Source: Perna viridis
Taxonomy: Eukaryota
Direction of reading: 5' to 3'
Length of the DNA stretch: 64,000 nucleotides
Assembly: GCA_037379345.1 (NCBI GenBank)
Contig: CM074511.1
Span: 8,308,001-8,372,000 of the forward strand
Made by a program: the position numbers and the translations under genes. Within the stretch, counting starts at the first letter, position 1; every line of letters begins with the position of its first letter. Under the pieces are notes generated by a model. The model was not told the DNA's origin. It did not search any database and was given only the letters and a program-made list of their open reading frames with translations. Positions 24,360 through 38,087 of this stretch are shown piece after piece.

Positions 24360-27040
24360 AAGCTAAGCATCAACTAGCCAATTTACACTCTTCACGTTGA
24401 CGTACTCCCAAACAGAGTGGGGAAACGCTCTCGGACCCATGGGTCTGGGAGTAGGCCAGAGCGTCAACAGAGCAGCCCAGCCGCTAGTAGGACATACTTT
24501 GGCTGAGTCTCGTAAACGCAGATTTAAGAGAAAATCCAACTTGAAACAAATTTCCACTAAGGCAATGGTCAACCTCTCATTTTTTTCTCTATCTGAAACT
24601 GAAACCAGGGTTTTATCTAAAGGTTTGAATTTCTGTCCTACTCCTAACAATATAGATGAAGTTCAACTTGAAGATGACCTAGACAAATTTGCTAGATCCC
24701 TCAGGCTCAAGGAACATTTTGCTAACAAACATGAAGACCAGGATATGGACCCTGACAGTTCTGACTCCGACCATGAAGATCTATACACTCGAAAATTCAA
24801 AAAGAAAAATGAGCTCCTAAACCGAATAAATGTGGCACGCTAGAAAATGTTATTGACAAAATAAAATCAGATGTCAAATACTTATCCAACAACTACATTC
24901 CATCTTTCTTCAATATCACTCCCGATGAGAAAAAAAGCAATACAGTCGTTGAAAAACTTTGACGATATAGTTATAAAACAAGCAGACAAAGACAGTGCCA
25001 TAGTAGTCATGGATAAAAATAACTACATCTCCGAAGCAATGCATCAACTTTCGGATGAAAGATTTCATAAAAGGCTACTCAGCGACCCTACTAAATCTTT
25101 CAGTGAAAAAATTACTTCAGAATTGATCAAAATGTACAAGGACGGCAGCATTACTGAAGAACAGTTAGAATACCTAAAACCAGAGGATCCAAGACCCGGA
25201 CGTTTTTACCTTCTGCCTAAAATTCACAAAAAAAGATGTCCCTAGACGGCCCATAGTTTCTGCTAATAGTCACCCAACCGAAAAAAATTCTGAATTTGTT
25301 GATTACCATCTCCGACCCCTTGTCCAAAAGCTCCCGTCATATTTAAGACACCACGGACTATCTGATGAAAATGGAATCAATGAATCCTTTACCTCCCAAA
25401 ACACTTCTGGTGTCCCTTGATGTCACTTCACTCTATACTAATATCCCACACGATGACGGTATAGAAGCCTGGCATTCATGAGATATTTTGGACCCCCCTA
25501 CTGACTGCCTAGTAAATTTACTCACTTTAGTTTTGAAGTGTAACAACTTCATTTTCAACAACGAACGCTACCTCCAAATCAATGGTACAGCTATGGGAAC
25601 GAAATTGGCGCCTTCGTATGCTAACATCTTCATGGGTAAATTAGAAAATCGAATCATTTTTCAACATCTTTATCGAAACCCCTCTCTTGGTTTCGATTCA
25701 TCGATGATGTTGACATGAAATGGAATGAGACTAAACAAAATTGAGACAAATTTATCACATATGCCAACAATGTTCATCCATCAATCAAATTCACCCATGA
25801 AATTTCTGACACTAAATTCACATATTTGGATACTACTACGTTTGTAAGAGACGGTGAAATGTTAATGGATATTCACAGCAAACCAACTGATAGTCACCAA
25901 TATTTATCTCCCAATAGTTGTCATCCAAAACATTGTACTAAAAGCATTCCATGCAGCCAGGCACTTCGAATTCGGCGCATTTGCTCATCTGACGATACCA
26001 CCAACAAAAGTCTAGATGAACTCCGTGGTCATTTGTTATTATCGCGTGGCTATAAATCAACAGATATAGATCGGAGATTTGAACGTGCTAACAACATCAG
26101 ACGTAAAGATCTCCTCGAGTACAAACCCAAGAAAAAGAACAAAAGGGTTCCTTTTGTGCTTACATACCATCCAGCCTTTGGGAAACTCTCGCAGCTACTG
26201 CATTCACATTGGGAAGACTTTCAAAAACATCCTAAGCTCTCCAAGCTCTTTCCTGGGGCCCCGGTCCTGGCATTCCGTAGACCTAGGAGCCTAAGAGATG
26301 CCCTAGTAAGAGCAGATATTTCATCTTAGCCCAAACAAAATACAGCGGACGAGTGTCGACCATGTGGAGATAAAAGATGTAAGACATGTACCCAGATACT
26401 GCACACCAAAACGTTTAAAAGCTACTGCACTGGAAAGGAATTTGCCATTTTTTTGCGACGTGACTTGCAAAACCGAAAATACCATATACCTTCTCCAGTG
26501 CCGATGTGGTATGCAGTACGTTGGCGAAACAGAACAACCTATCAACAGGCGTATCAATGGTCATCGCAGTGACTACAAATGCAAACCAGACCTCCCTCTA
26601 AGTCGCCGGACACACCCAGGAGGACCTCACAACATTGTTGTTACGATCATAGAACATAATAAATACTGGTCAGAATGTAAAAGAGTGTCTCGGGAAAGCT
26701 TTTGGATGAAAAAAAAATACAAACATCTTCTCCAGATGGAAGAAACGAGAGAAAAATAATCCATTTTTAGGTCTTGGTCTAAGGGTGGTACTAAATGCTA
26801 TACATCAACACGCCGTACTACTATATTTTGACTTTTCTTAATTGTTTTCAAAAGTTCAAGACCCCCTTTGTTATTTTCATTCAGGTTCCTTATCATTTGC
26901 TTAAGTGTGCCTTTGATAAAAGTACAATCACCAACAGTGTGCGTGATTCAGCGTCTGAATCTGTTTTGATCTTGAACTTTATGAGTTTTATGCTGAAGAC
27001 GGATATCAGTTATCCGAAATATTCAATGTAAATTTACCAT
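24360..27040 (+). mobile_element. Penelope-like retroelement, Neptune-type (RT plus C-terminal GIY-YIG), frameshifted
   Basis: [83 protein letters not shown], a Cys-rich linker, and TCKTENTIYLLQCRCGMQYVGETEQPINRRINGHRSD; several frameshifts. Confidence 0.93.
26984..27033 (+). ncRNA. Degenerate minimal type-I hammerhead ribozyme in the Penelope 3' UTR/pLTR
   Basis: CTGAAGA-c-GGATA(tcagt)TATCC-GAAA-TATT core; stem I only partly paired. Confidence 0.6.
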
Positions 27041-30000
27041 CTTTTGGTGGTGTTAAACATATTTAGACGTTTATTTAATTTATCTTATGTTTCGCATCGT
27101 TTTTAACGATCCATCACCCCGTAAGAGCGATTGTTGACTTTTATTTAGACGATTAATTATATATATATGCAAATAATCATACTGTATGCTTTACGGGTCC
27201 TTAAAAATATATACATAGGCATTTAATAGACTAGAGGATGTCCGCGAAATCGCGATCAATTGAGCTACGTGGATATACTATTAATACTAATTTGACGAAT
27301 TAAAACAAAATGTGTAATCGTTGTAAAGGATCTACGATCATCTACCATACATCAATGGTGTACAGTTTTGTTCAAGTTGCTTATGTGGTTTAAGAGGATT
27401 TTACCTTTAACCTTTCAAGGGAAATGGTTTTCCTTTGACTTGTTTTGTTTGTTTTTTTTTCTTTTTTTTTTGCGCGCAGCGCGCAAAAAATATGTACTTT
27501 TCTAATGCATGTAAGCGAATTATTTTTTTATTTTTTTATTCACATTACTTATTTTTTAACTATTCCTTACCAAATTAACTTTTCTCTAAAGTCAGGATCG
27601 AGATATTTTTAACGACCAAAGAAAAAACCAAGCCTCCGGAAATTAAATGGTGCGTCCCTAAGCAAAATTTCATGCCTCATGCCAATACACTTTACTTAAC
27701 CTGGGACTAAGAAGCTGTTTTATTGGTCCCAGGTTTAATTTGACCCAAGGGTATGGGAGGAGCTGATGTTTTACGACGATGACGACACCGACAAACGCAG
27801 AGAAAACTTTGATATCGCCCGTTGAGGAAAAAAAATAAACTCCATTAAATTCACTTGCAATAAACAATATGACTGCTCCAGACATGCGTTTCGTTAATGA
27901 AATATTTTTGCATCGATCGATTAGTTCAAGATTAGCAGTCTCTACATGTAAACCTGGTGCTATTAGCTGGTTATCCTGAGGCTTCGCCCAAATTTTCACT
28001 CCATGGCCAGTGGGCAGCAAGAGAGTAACATTGATTTTTATTTTATCAAGAATTCTACTCATTTACACGTTATAGGGGACCTTCTTGGTCTTGGTTTGTG
28101 GGATTTAACGTTTCTTCATTGTTGATGACCCGTATACAACCGCAATACGCTGAAGAGGCATAAATGTCCTGTTTCTTGATATCGGTTATTTTCAGTGCTT
28201 CGTGGGAGTTTCGTTCAGACGCACATTCACTCCGCAACCATCCTTTTAAATGTTTATACAAATATGTGATCAACCTCCAAACTGGGACTTGTTCGCTCTT
28301 AATTTTTTAATGGTTGACTGCGAGAAAATTCGAAAGAGGACTTTCTAGCATTTCGTCCTATTATTCTGCGAAATTTTCTGTTAGTTATCAAAGACATGGT
28401 ACATGACAAATTCTTAAATTTTAAATAATTCAATATTTTACTCAAAACAATGGGTAGGGAGTTTACCAGTCATGCCAGTTTATACATAAAAAGGGGGAGG
28501 GGTCCGGACTTCGGGTGCAGATGGAAGGGGGAATGTTTACTTCGACACGCTCTGCGCCTTTCCATGTCTGGACAGTTTTGTACCTCAGAAAAATGGTGGA
28601 TTTCGTTTAATTAAGCAAAATAATGAACGTACAATACTCGTGTAACACCTGTACACATTATCCGGACAGTACGTCGAGTGAGCATGCAAAAGCGTATTAT
28701 AACACACGGACCAATGACGGTCTCCGCATTGGAATATTCTCCCAAAAATTCGCGTTTTCCGTAGAAAAAGATTGATTCTAAGACAAATTTTGGAAGTACA
28801 CAACACTACAGTTATGCCTCATATCACAAATATATTCGACCTTGTATGGTTTCAGAGGAGTTGCGGCTCAAAGAAATCAGTCTCTTCCTTTAGTAGTATA
28901 GATGACAACATTGTTACTGCTTTTAACATTAAGTATAACTGCCACACCCATTTGTACTGATTGTATGGTCTGTTCTTTGACATGGAACAGAGGTCATAGA
29001 GGATGAAGTCAACAAAATGTTGCATGATAGTTTTGAAAAGCCGGCTTCAACTTGAAACCTGGCGAATTGTCTTGGAGTAACCAATTTGTGCAATACACAA
29101 TTTTGTCAACCCTGTTATTATTAACTTCCTAAACGAAAAATTTGTTATGAAATACGGTTTTAATTGTCTTATAATATGCATTATCGTACTGCCATGGTCT
29201 GGAATATGTATGAGCCGACATGTCCGGCTTTGGAAAGGAAATTTGGGTTGCCATGGTCCGAAATGTCTTTGGGTCGAAATGTACGGTATTGATAAGCTGA
29301 TCACGCCATTTTCGTAACCATTCGGGCGCCATGTTTTGATAATCCTCATCTTGGAAAACGCTTAGATTTGATTTGTATTTAATCATCGAAGCCAGCTAAT
29401 GTTTCCTAGACTGGTGTGGTTCTCAATTGCATTTATCAAGTATACGAGAATGAAGCTGCCATGATGCTCCCGATTTTACATGCACAAACCGGTATTGATG
29501 GTTTTTCTGGCAATAAGTATACTGAACCCAGTTGATTATACAACCATATTAGTGATAATAAAAATGTTTTTAATCAAAGTACTCATGTACTGAATCAATT
29601 TATATCAATCGTTTAAATTTTACGCCTCAAATAATCGTCAAATTGCAAAAATACGGAATAAAAGGAAAGTACGGGGATCGAATTATCTAAAGTATCTAAA
29701 CACAAGCTTATTGTTGTAAATGGTTAATACTGGACTCTTTGTTTATAATTTTTAATTCACTATTCTGATTACGAAAAACATTAAAAAACACACACACACC
29801 AAAATTCATGATGCATCGTAGCAGCACTAGTTTGCGTAATGTTCAGGTGCGATATTGGTTTACATGGAACACCTTGATGAATGAACATAAAACTATCCGA
29901 CATACTGCATAATGGAACTACAAACTACTTGTTGGCCTTTCCCAGTTTCTAAATTTTCCGGTCGAAATTCAATTTATCGACCTCCAGGTCTGTTAAATCA

Positions 30001-31302
30001 TTCAATTATTGAAATAAACCATATCATTAGATACATGTCCCTCTCAACAAGCTACATTTCTCGGTTGATAAGCCTTAAAGCTCAAGTTATTCCATGGATA
30101 CCTATATATATATATGTCAAAGAGCTTAGTTTCTTAGCACCTAGTTTTAGAGACACATACATTAACATAAACGCCAAAGTCTTAGAGTGTAATTTCAACA
30201 ATCGTGTCTGGTGCAGGAAATATTAGCCATGCACTTGTAAGGCCCTGGAGCACTTAAAACACTATTATCATAGCCAGAGACATAGCCAAATAGAATGATT
30301 ATTGCAAAAAGTAAAACACCATACCACAGACTTACAATTCCCTGGAATTCCTATGCTATCGTCATCTCCGAGCTCTCGATGTCACGAGGCGGTAACCGTT
30401 ATGAAAATAAATGATACAGTGGGTGATACATCAGGATGGTTTCGGAGGTAGTACTACTCTTTTGTTAAAAAAAAATTGCAAAAGAATGAGCGGCAAATGA
30501 TATACTGAAACCCCTTTCTTTATATAAATTTCTTGACGTGAACCACTGTCCGTTTTCTTTTAATATTTGGATCCATCAAGGCCTGTATGAAATGTCCGAA
30601 GACAGCTCTTCCAATTGGTACTTTCAAAAGTTCCCACGGCTTCGTCTCTGTTCCTCATCTCAGCTTCAATGGTTCTCCTCCATATTGTTTCACGTCTCTT
30701 TCTCTTTCCTTTGCCGCCTGATGTCCAGTGTACGGCTACTGTGGTATGAGAAATATTGTCTTTTCTGACATGGTCTATCCACTTTTATTTTCTTCTCAGC
30801 AGTATTGTTGCCATGTCAAGTTGGTTGCATTTTCTCAATAGTTCTACATTACTGGTGGTATTGAGTCAGAATATTTGCAAGATACGTCTTAAACAATATG
30901 TATGAAATGTTGACAATTTCATATGGTCTTGCACTGTCATTTTCTAGCAGTCAGAGCCGTACAAGAGTGTTGAAAGTATGCAACTCTGATATTGTTTAAG
31001 TGTGATACCCCACCAGTTATTGCAGTTGTTGAGTTCCCCTTTCTTTAGTATTTCGATAATGCTACCTTTAGACCAGTCATCGAGTACTTTGTTGTTCCAA
31101 ACATGTTCCAATCAAGTTAGAAGTATAGTTGGATTTGCCTTGAACAATTCAGCATTCAGGTTGTCTAGACCTGGCGCTTTTCCGTTTTTCAGAGACTTTA
31201 TATCTGTAACTATTTCATCAACTGTTGGTGGAGTTATGTTTACTTCCTAGTCATTTTCTGATTCAGATATGTCAATTATTTTATCAGGTGGCGGTCTGTT
31301 GA

Positions 31303-32204
31303 AGCTGCATTAGCTGCCAAATTTGTTCAGTTTTGATTCTACTGAATTTTGCTGATTCAATGAAATAAGTTTGATGTAATACAATTGAAGCAATAAATGT
31401 CGATAATGCCTACAGAATATTGTGAAAACAACCTTTTTGCTTTAATCAAAGAAGATCGATAGCTCTGATCTAATTATTTTTCGCCATTACTTCCGAAGAT
31501 TGCCGACAGGACATTTACCTGGGTTAAAACTAATTTCACCTTGGTAAAAAAAAATTACCATAACGGATACACAGGTAAGCACGTGTCTTGTTTACCTTGT
31601 TTACATTTCATTTCAACTAGTTCTAAGTTAGTTTTCAAATAATTAATGACAATTATTGACCAGATTTGTACCATGTTATATCACAATACGTAAATTTCAA
31701 AAGGACCATTGCGTTACATTTGAACTTTTACGGCTTGAGCCCGTCGGTCTGCCTTGCCGTTGATTAACCAGTCTCGCTTTGCAATCAGATTTTTGTTTAA
31801 ATATCGACCCTTACACCACATGCGCAGATTAAGGACACCAGCAGTTACATGTATACGAATTTATCTAGGTCGGCTTTTTGTCTTGCAAGACAATAGACCC
31901 TTTTGTGGTAAGCTGGTGAGCATGCTTAATATACACTTCCGCGAGGTAGGGCTTGGGTTGAACAAAAGAATTTTCCTCGCGGAAGTGTACATTGAGCATG
32001 CTCTACGCATGCTCATCAACTACCCCAACGTTAGCACAAATGGGTCTTTAAATGTATCGACATCTATTTCATGTATTTAATGCATTTTATTTGTGGATAT
32101 CATATGAAATTATACAGGAAAAGTACAATTTAGTACAAATAATTCAAAATTAAGGCATATTTAAACAGAAACAAAAAATTACGAAAATGACAGCTAATGC
32201 AGCT
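31303..32204. mobile_element. TTAA-targeted (Kolobok-like) non-autonomous DNA transposon inside the RTE
   Basis: 14-bp TIR agctgcattagctg/cagctaatgcagct, flanks ttga/ttaa; removing it restores the RTE frame QKILNRPPP. Confidence 0.85.
31894..32048. mobile_element. Palindromic MITE nested in the Kolobok-like element
   Basis: 29-bp IR gagcatgcttaatatacacttccgcgagg / cctcgcggaagtgtacattgagcatgctc with 2 mismatches; outer agaccc..ttgtg / cacaa..gggtct. Confidence 0.75.
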
Positions 32205-33560
32205 TTAAGTATCTTCTGAAAGTGTTCTTCCCATCGTGCTTCTTGTTCACTCTCTGTAGTAAGAAGGTTGCCATTTTTATCTTTCACGGGCATGTTGGTG
32301 TTCCCTCTGAATTTTCCACTGACTAGCTTGGTTAACTGGTAAAGTTGACCTTGTTAATTCTTTCTTTTCAGCAGCTTCTTCTTGTTTAGCTATATCCTCT
32401 TTGTATGATCTTTTATATTTCCTTGCTAGTTTCTTAACTTCCTTATCAGCCTTTCTGCAATCATCTTTATTTTTATCTTTTAGCCTTTGTGACTTTGCGT
32501 CAAGTTCTTTCAGTTTAATGTTCCGTCTTTTATCAATAGCATCCCAAGTGGTAGAAATAAACAACTTTTTCATTGCTCTGCTGGTTTTAAAGCCTAGACA
32601 GTATTACCTTGTTTTTTTGTCATATATATCTTTGACACAATCCCAAATATTGTTCACATCTTTGTTGTTGCTAAGATTTCAAAACGGTTTCTGAGCTAGG
32701 TGACAAAAGTGTTCTTTACGATTTTTTAGTTTGTCTATTTCAAAACGTTTACTGGATGTGGGTGTTTTGCCAGTACTCCGCAACTTAACTTTCAACAAGG
32801 CAACGACAAGATGGTGATCACTGCCCACATCTGTACCTCTTCTCACTTTAATATGAATCAGCGATCTTCTCCATTTTCCGTGAGTTAAAGTTTTCCAGTT
32901 TCGTACATGGTACGTACATTCCAGAATCCAATTGTGGTTTTGCTGGTAGCGTCCTCATGGTTTTTACCACCAGCAGTCATACTGTTCGGTTGAAGATTTC
33001 TGCGCACAAATATGGCTGAATCGTCTGCTGTTTTTGTAACATAATGACTTTACAAAGACAGGGTTGTTGGCCCAATGCAGTAATGCTAAATCCCCAACCT
33101 GGAGAACCTAGGAATTTGTGATCAAGGTTTCAATCCTATAGATTGGTTGCCTATTCAGGACTGACGAGTGACCCTCATCTGGCCGGGTATTTACCCATAG
33201 CGGGGGGCTAGGTTTGCAGGGCATATCTACTCGCCGGTGGGCCTAGCATGCCGTGCATCTAGGGGCTTAATCTTCCCCGGGACCCTGTGGTACCGTGAGG
33301 AACCAGTTACCTCCTGACACTTCGCGGAGGATACCACATTGGTCTTACTGTATTAGAGGCTATAATTGGCAGGAAAGACTGACTCTATCGGCTTAATGAC
33401 GTTTGGAGCTCGTCAGCAATGGCGTTGCAATCGTCCGATTGAAGAAAAACATGACAGAAAAACACGAACAGCAGGCATTAGGTTGCTCGTAAAAGTAACC
33501 ACCTTAACTATAAAAAAGGAGAAAAACTTCAGCACACAAGTCAAAGTTAAAAAGAAGGAG

Positions 33561-33802
33561 AAAGAGTAATCAATGAAATCAAGATTCTAGCGGAGATCAA
33601 AACAACGTAATCCAGGAACAAAGACCAGGCATGGAAAACAGACAAACACAACAAAGAACAAAAAATTACTAAAATAATACATACAAAGTAACAACAGTAA
33701 ATGAGCAAATCGGACTCCAATAAAAAAACTAGGAGCATGGACCAGGTGCACCGGTAGGATACGCGTCCTCTGCTTTTCTTAAACACCCGCCGTATTGCTC
33801 AT
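33561..33802 (-). mobile_element. Naiad 3' UTR/pLTR fragment
   Basis: Reverse complement of the same repeat (gagcatggaccaggtgcaccggtagg). Confidence 0.78.
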
Positions 33803-34379
33803 GAAAGTCAAAATATGTTTTTGATTGAAAATATTCGGACACAAAAGCCCCCGCTGTAGCCTTCAATTTCACAGCTGTTACCACTTTTGTCCAATGAAAT
33901 GCCAGGCTGTCAGCTCCATCGGTTAGGTTGCCATAATTAAGCATCATCAGTGTCTACTACCACACCATGATACTCGGATCTTAAAACTGGTCCTTTCAGT
34001 TTAATAAGATTTCATCTACTTTCTGTTCAGACAATCTTTTAGAAATCCTGGGATCTTCCTCCTTTAAATAATACTTAGAAAATCATGAAAGCTGAAATTT
34101 GATTGGCTGTTTAGAAAGGTCATTTGAGCAGAAAGTAGAATGGAGTGGTGTTATATCCTACATTTGTGACTAAATGGAACAATTAGTAAGTTAAGTTTTA
34201 ATTGCTCAGTTTCCTTCAATTTTAATCAAATTTTCAATCAAAAAATTAGAAATAAGCTTGGAGGAGAGGTAAAATATAGTAAGTTGACATTACAACGCCG
34301 AAGAACTGATAAAGGAGAAAATGTGTTAAATTTTGTGGCCTTAACAATTTTACCATTACAACAACTACGTTCACTCATG

Positions 34380-35990
34380 AAGTTAACCACCTGTACTCAT
34401 GGTGAGCATAAAAGTAAAGGAGACCAAGTGAAAATAAATGGATGCTTCAAACGATTCTAGCTGATCGGTTAATGTTATGAGACATGCAGACGTGGAAAGT
34501 GATCAAAACATACTAACGGATAAGCTAAAACTGCATAAAGTACAAGGTAAATCAATACCATCAAAGAGAAAGGAGTCCTGTAAAGAAAGTCACGTTACAA
34601 CTGAGAAACAGATTTTATGTCCTCATTGAAAATGAAGAGCAAGATATAGAAAATCAAAATCTATGAAAATATACCATGAAACCGCACTAACAATCATTTG
34701 TTCCAGAAATAGGTCGAATCAAGAATGAACAAATGCAGGTGGAAAATTGTAGACGAAAGTAAAACTTTGAAAAATAAGATCGATAAAAAACAAGATAGAT
34801 GGATCAAGATCATTGATGGTTAAAGAAAACTTGTGGCAACATTACAGTACGTAGCAAAGACAAAATCTGAAAAAAAGGGTACGAAGATGGGCAAAAACAG
34901 TGGTTTGTAAAGCTTGCCACCGAAGCTGGAACAGCAGCCTGTAAAGAAAACATGAAGGCAGTTTATCACATAACTTAAACACTATATAAAAGGATAAACC
35001 AAAATAAATGGAACATATCAATCAAAACGAAATAAAGTCAAGATGAAAATACCGCCGCCATATGCAATCGAGTTAGTGAAAAAAGAAAGCGAAACACCAC
35101 CAATAAACGTAGGACATCCAAGTAGATCAGTCATTCAGGAATTTAAAAATGGAAAAGCACCTGGAATTGACACCATAACCCAGAAACGTCTTCTAAACAA
35201 ATTCACAAATAGTTCACAAGTGCATGGAATGATAAAAAGATACCAACTGATTGGAAGAAAGGGTAAATAGTTAATACTACCCAATCTCATGTGCTCTGGA
35301 AACTGAAAACTGGAAAATTTGCAAAACCCTATTCCCAACAACAGCCAAAATTATGGACAAAATCACAACTAACAGAGTAGACGAAGAACATAATAAACAT
35401 TTAAGGGAAGAACATACAGGATTTAGAGAAGGACGAGGTACAACAGAAAAAGTTTTTACTCTCAGAAACACCATTGAACTTAGAGTAGAATGGAATTCAA
35501 ACCTTTATATGTTTCATTGATAAGAGAAAGCATTTGATAGAGTCCATTTAGAAACACTCGGAAAATCATAAAACACTAGTCCTATAACATCCCAGAATAG
35601 CTGATTCAATTAGTGCAGTGCATGTATACGTAGACATCAAATATGCTATAGTAACATCAAATGGAACTACAAAATGTTTAAAATAAAATATTGTGTAAAA
35701 CAAACTTGAAACATGTCCCATTTGATTTTCTCGTATATAAAATGGTTTGAAGAGTCAACAGCAGAGAACAACACAGGAATTATAGAATTTCACCACCAAA
35801 TTCGATGATCTAGACTATGCTAATGAAATTGCATTACTTCCCGGAGAAAAATTACGAAAAAAATTAATGGTGTCAACAAATATGTCCACTCCACAGGCAC
35901 CAAGATCAATACAACAAAAATTAAAGTGATGAGATCCCATGCCGACACCAACCAGCTGAAAAAAATTGCACAGAACAGAAAGAAATTGAA
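34380..35990 (+). mobile_element. Second RTE-clade LINE, highly decayed
   Basis: KNGKAPGID, REEHTGFREGRGTTEKVFTLRN, KAFDRVH, DDLDYANEIALL. Confidence 0.8.
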
Positions 35991-36084
35991 GATGCCTAGT
36001 CATGCACTAGATGTAGTACCCAGGAGCAGTAGTCACAAACATATGAGGAACCAATAGATACATAAGAAGACGACTTGCCTCGTC

Positions 36085-36866
36085 AAAGTAACCTATAACA
36101 AACCTGCTTTCAAAAACGACTAAATTTAGTTTTGATTAACAACATATTTGTTCAGTGTTGTGGACCAGTTTTTCTACTGAGGATCGACTATCCAATAGAA
36201 ACCCCTCTACTTGCTGAACTATCCCTTCACTCCTATGAAGATAACTTTATAGCTGAACTTATCCAAAAGAAAGAACATCATTGGTCAAGATCCTTTGATC
36301 TCAGCTTCCGCAATATAGATGACGTTTCATCTTTAAACAATTTTTTTAGATTCGCGGATTTTGTACATCGTCGCATGTACCCCCCCTAAGAACTTGATGT
36401 AAAGAATACTACATACGCTACGATCAGCCTCATATCTTGACCTACTCTTAAAGATCGATGGAAAGGATAAACTCATGTCCAAATTGTACGACATACGCTA
36501 TGATTTCTCAATCCGTATTGTCAACTTTCCTTTCATCTGCGGCAACTTCCCCTTAGCACCTGTGTATGGAGCTTTCATTTCACAACTCATGTGATGCCAG
36601 AGTTTGCTGTTACGATGCATACTTTTTATTGTGCTAGACCTCTTACAATTAAGCTTCTGAAACAGAGTACGTTGCTACAAGATTAAAGTAATAATTACAG
36701 GTGTTGAATGGTCGTCATCATGAACTCGTTAAGGTATTTCTACCATTATAAACGGTTTGATCACCGCATCATAGTTTTCCTTTCCTCTTTCGTGTACCCT
36801 GGACGTAATATTTCTCGAGAAATTCGGCGGGTGTTTCTAAAAATATACAGAGGACGCTTACCCTAC
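36085..36866 (+). mobile_element. Naiad-type Penelope-like RT C-terminal fragment
   Basis: LINNIFVQ, PLLAELSLHSYE, SFRNIDDVSSLNN, SASYLDL, LYD.RYDFS.RIVNFPFICGN; runs into the shared 3' repeat. Confidence 0.8.
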
Positions 36867-38087
36867 CACAAGAGCTTCAGGAAAACTTAAAAGCTACTGG
36901 TCAATAAGGTTACAAATGAGGTTAGGGTTTGAAAGAATTAGAATTAATATAACAAGAATAATATGAAAACAGTTGTCAGCTGCCAGGTGGATGCACAAGG
37001 AAAAAGGAAAAAGAGAGCGAACGTCGAGGAGAAAGAGAACACCTTGGTTTTCAACCACGGACTGAAGCAACCACAACCAAAAAAAGACATTGGAAAGGAC
37101 TTGATCCGATCCTACAGAAGAGACTGAAATAACTCAATTCTAATGGATGGAATAATGTGGTTCACGGTATCAACAGCCTTTTGAAAGCACTTCACGCAGA
37201 GATTCGTTTACTACAGTGTCTTATATTATCTCCAGTTGGAAGGGCTATATATTATTGTAGAAATTAGAAATTGTGACAATGTGTCATATGTTTTATAGCC
37301 TTGAAATCCTCAATCTTTAGGTCCTGCGATACCCTTTTGTATTTGAAAATTTTTGATGCATTTGGTGAAGTATTTTGAATATGAAACGATATCATATGTA
37401 TTACAAGCCCAAGGTTAGATATTGGTCCAACAGCCTTTTGATAGAGTTCCAATATCAACCAAGTGCTAATAACGCATATGATATTTTAAAAAGACATGTA
37501 ATGGTCTTTTTATCATAGGCTTCACAATAGGATTGTAAAATAAAGGCTATTTATATATTTGACAACAAAACATCTATGTTCAACAATTTAATAAAACATT
37601 TTGTACAACAAAACAATTACTTCCGGTAATTTCATAGCAGTTACGTACTACGTAAAAAGGTGCGATATCATTTACCGACAACCGTGTAATATCATTCCTT
37701 AACAATTAATATTTTGATATCAACCCGCTTATGCAATCTTGGAAAATAGCAAATTTTGCCCTCTTATTTGCTTTATCATACAGTAAGAAATAATAATTAT
37801 TTATTCTAAGTATATGATAATATAAAATATCCTTACACGATCAAATAGATGACGCTTCAGCTGACCTGAAAATCCTTATCTATGAGACCCCTTAAGTTCA
37901 AACAAAATGCTTGGAAACCAGTAATTAGTGCAAAAACAAAGACAAAAACAATTCATATGACAGGCATACGGACACCTAAGAAAGTTATGCATGTAAATTG
38001 AAAATATTTTCTACGTGCATATATTCATGTGCCTTGATTTATCGTATTCGATCTATTCATTTTCCACCAACACAATACTTAAGCACT

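Larger units (their letters stand above)
30540..33340 (-). mobile_element. RTE-clade LINE, internally deleted and decayed, interrupted by a MITE
   Basis: APE end (KVRRGTDVGSDHHLVVALLKVKL), RWEEHFQKILNRPPP, KNGKAPGLDNLNAELFK, and an RTE-type 5' UTR motif (ctccaggttgggg...ggccaacaaccctg) at 33058-33112. Confidence 0.85.
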
